Assembly (NCBI GenBank): GCA_036785375.1
Contig: JAWMAR010000079.1
Span: 2,108,001 to 2,172,000 of the forward strand
Reading direction: 5' to 3'
DNA from: Leucoraja ocellata
Taxonomy: Eukaryota
Length of the DNA stretch: 64,000 nt
The translations under genes were made by a program, and so were the position numbers. The notes under the pieces were generated by a model that was given only the letters and a program-made list of their open reading frames with translations, ran no database searches and was not told the DNA's origin. This document shows, one piece after another, positions 63,454 through 64,000 of the stretch (position 1 is its first letter; each line of letters opens with the position of its first letter).

Positions 63454-63875
63454 TGATTGATTCTTTATTATCACGACATGTCACAGTGAAATTCGGTTTT
63501 GCGTACCATTCACAAAATATGCAAAGAATCGCCACGTAGTTACAAAGTGTTCAATGTACTCCCCAAAGATCCTTCTTGGTTCTCGAGCTGTCTGGCCTCC
63601 GGCACCCACCATGAGCCTGCCAGGTCCTCTCTTGGAAAGCTCTGCAGCGCTCGCCAGGAACTTCCGGTGGCCTACCTTGCTCCACAATGGACCACCTTGC
63701 TTCTCGACAGTCCAACTCGCTCCTCGACAACCCACCTCAATGTTTGCTCACAGGTCCATACTTGCTCTTGTGGCACGGGTCCTGTCGACGTCTATGCCGA
63801 GCCAGTTCTATCAGATGGGCACGACATCCCCGGCGGGCAATGGAGGGTCTACCCCCACTCACTGGGAACAGTTGA
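63454..63875 (-). mobile_element. GC-rich non-autonomous retroposon with Rex1-type tail
   Basis: Minus strand ends aatttcactgtgacatgtcgtgataataaagaatcaatcaa. Confidence 0.5.
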
Positions 63876-64000
63876 TGCCAAATTGTAGACAATATTGATG
63901 ACAAATTCATTTTTACAGAGCTGGAAGATCAAGTCTGAAAGGAAGGCAGTGAGTAGGGTTTAAAGGGTGGTAAACAGAATTGGGAAAAGTCAAAGTACTT

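Noticed and set aside
63481-63898. Overlapping ORFs of 84-129 aa
   Set aside because: Within a GC-rich retroposon; no recognisable domain

Overview
This is eukaryotic, repeat-dominated, apparently intronic or intergenic DNA. The repeat set (HE1-type V-SINEs, CR1/HER1 LINE tails, Deu-domain SINEs, Rex1/Babar, L2, Penelope-like elements, Helitrons) points to a cartilaginous fish, most likely a skate or ray (inference). I could not identify any intact host protein-coding gene; the ORF-track entries I can recognise are all transposon remnants. Main points of interest: (1) a heavily internally deleted minus-strand class III (ERV-L/ERV-S-like) endogenous retrovirus at ~43.2-45.6 kb, retaining pol pieces with no dUTPase, an env splice acceptor, signal peptide and TM remnants, a PPT and a ~0.97 kb LTR; (2) many Penelope pseudo-LTR fragments with minimal hammerhead-ribozyme cores, including a fold-back element with two tandem hammerheads at 18.9-19.1 kb; (3) a perfect palindrome with 84-bp arms inside an old CR1; (4) four non-autonomous Helitrons with mix-and-match ends, one head-to-head pair and internal minisatellites; (5) a candidate 9/12-nt microexon. 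Family assignments come from motif recognition by eye without database searches, and repeat boundaries are approximate.
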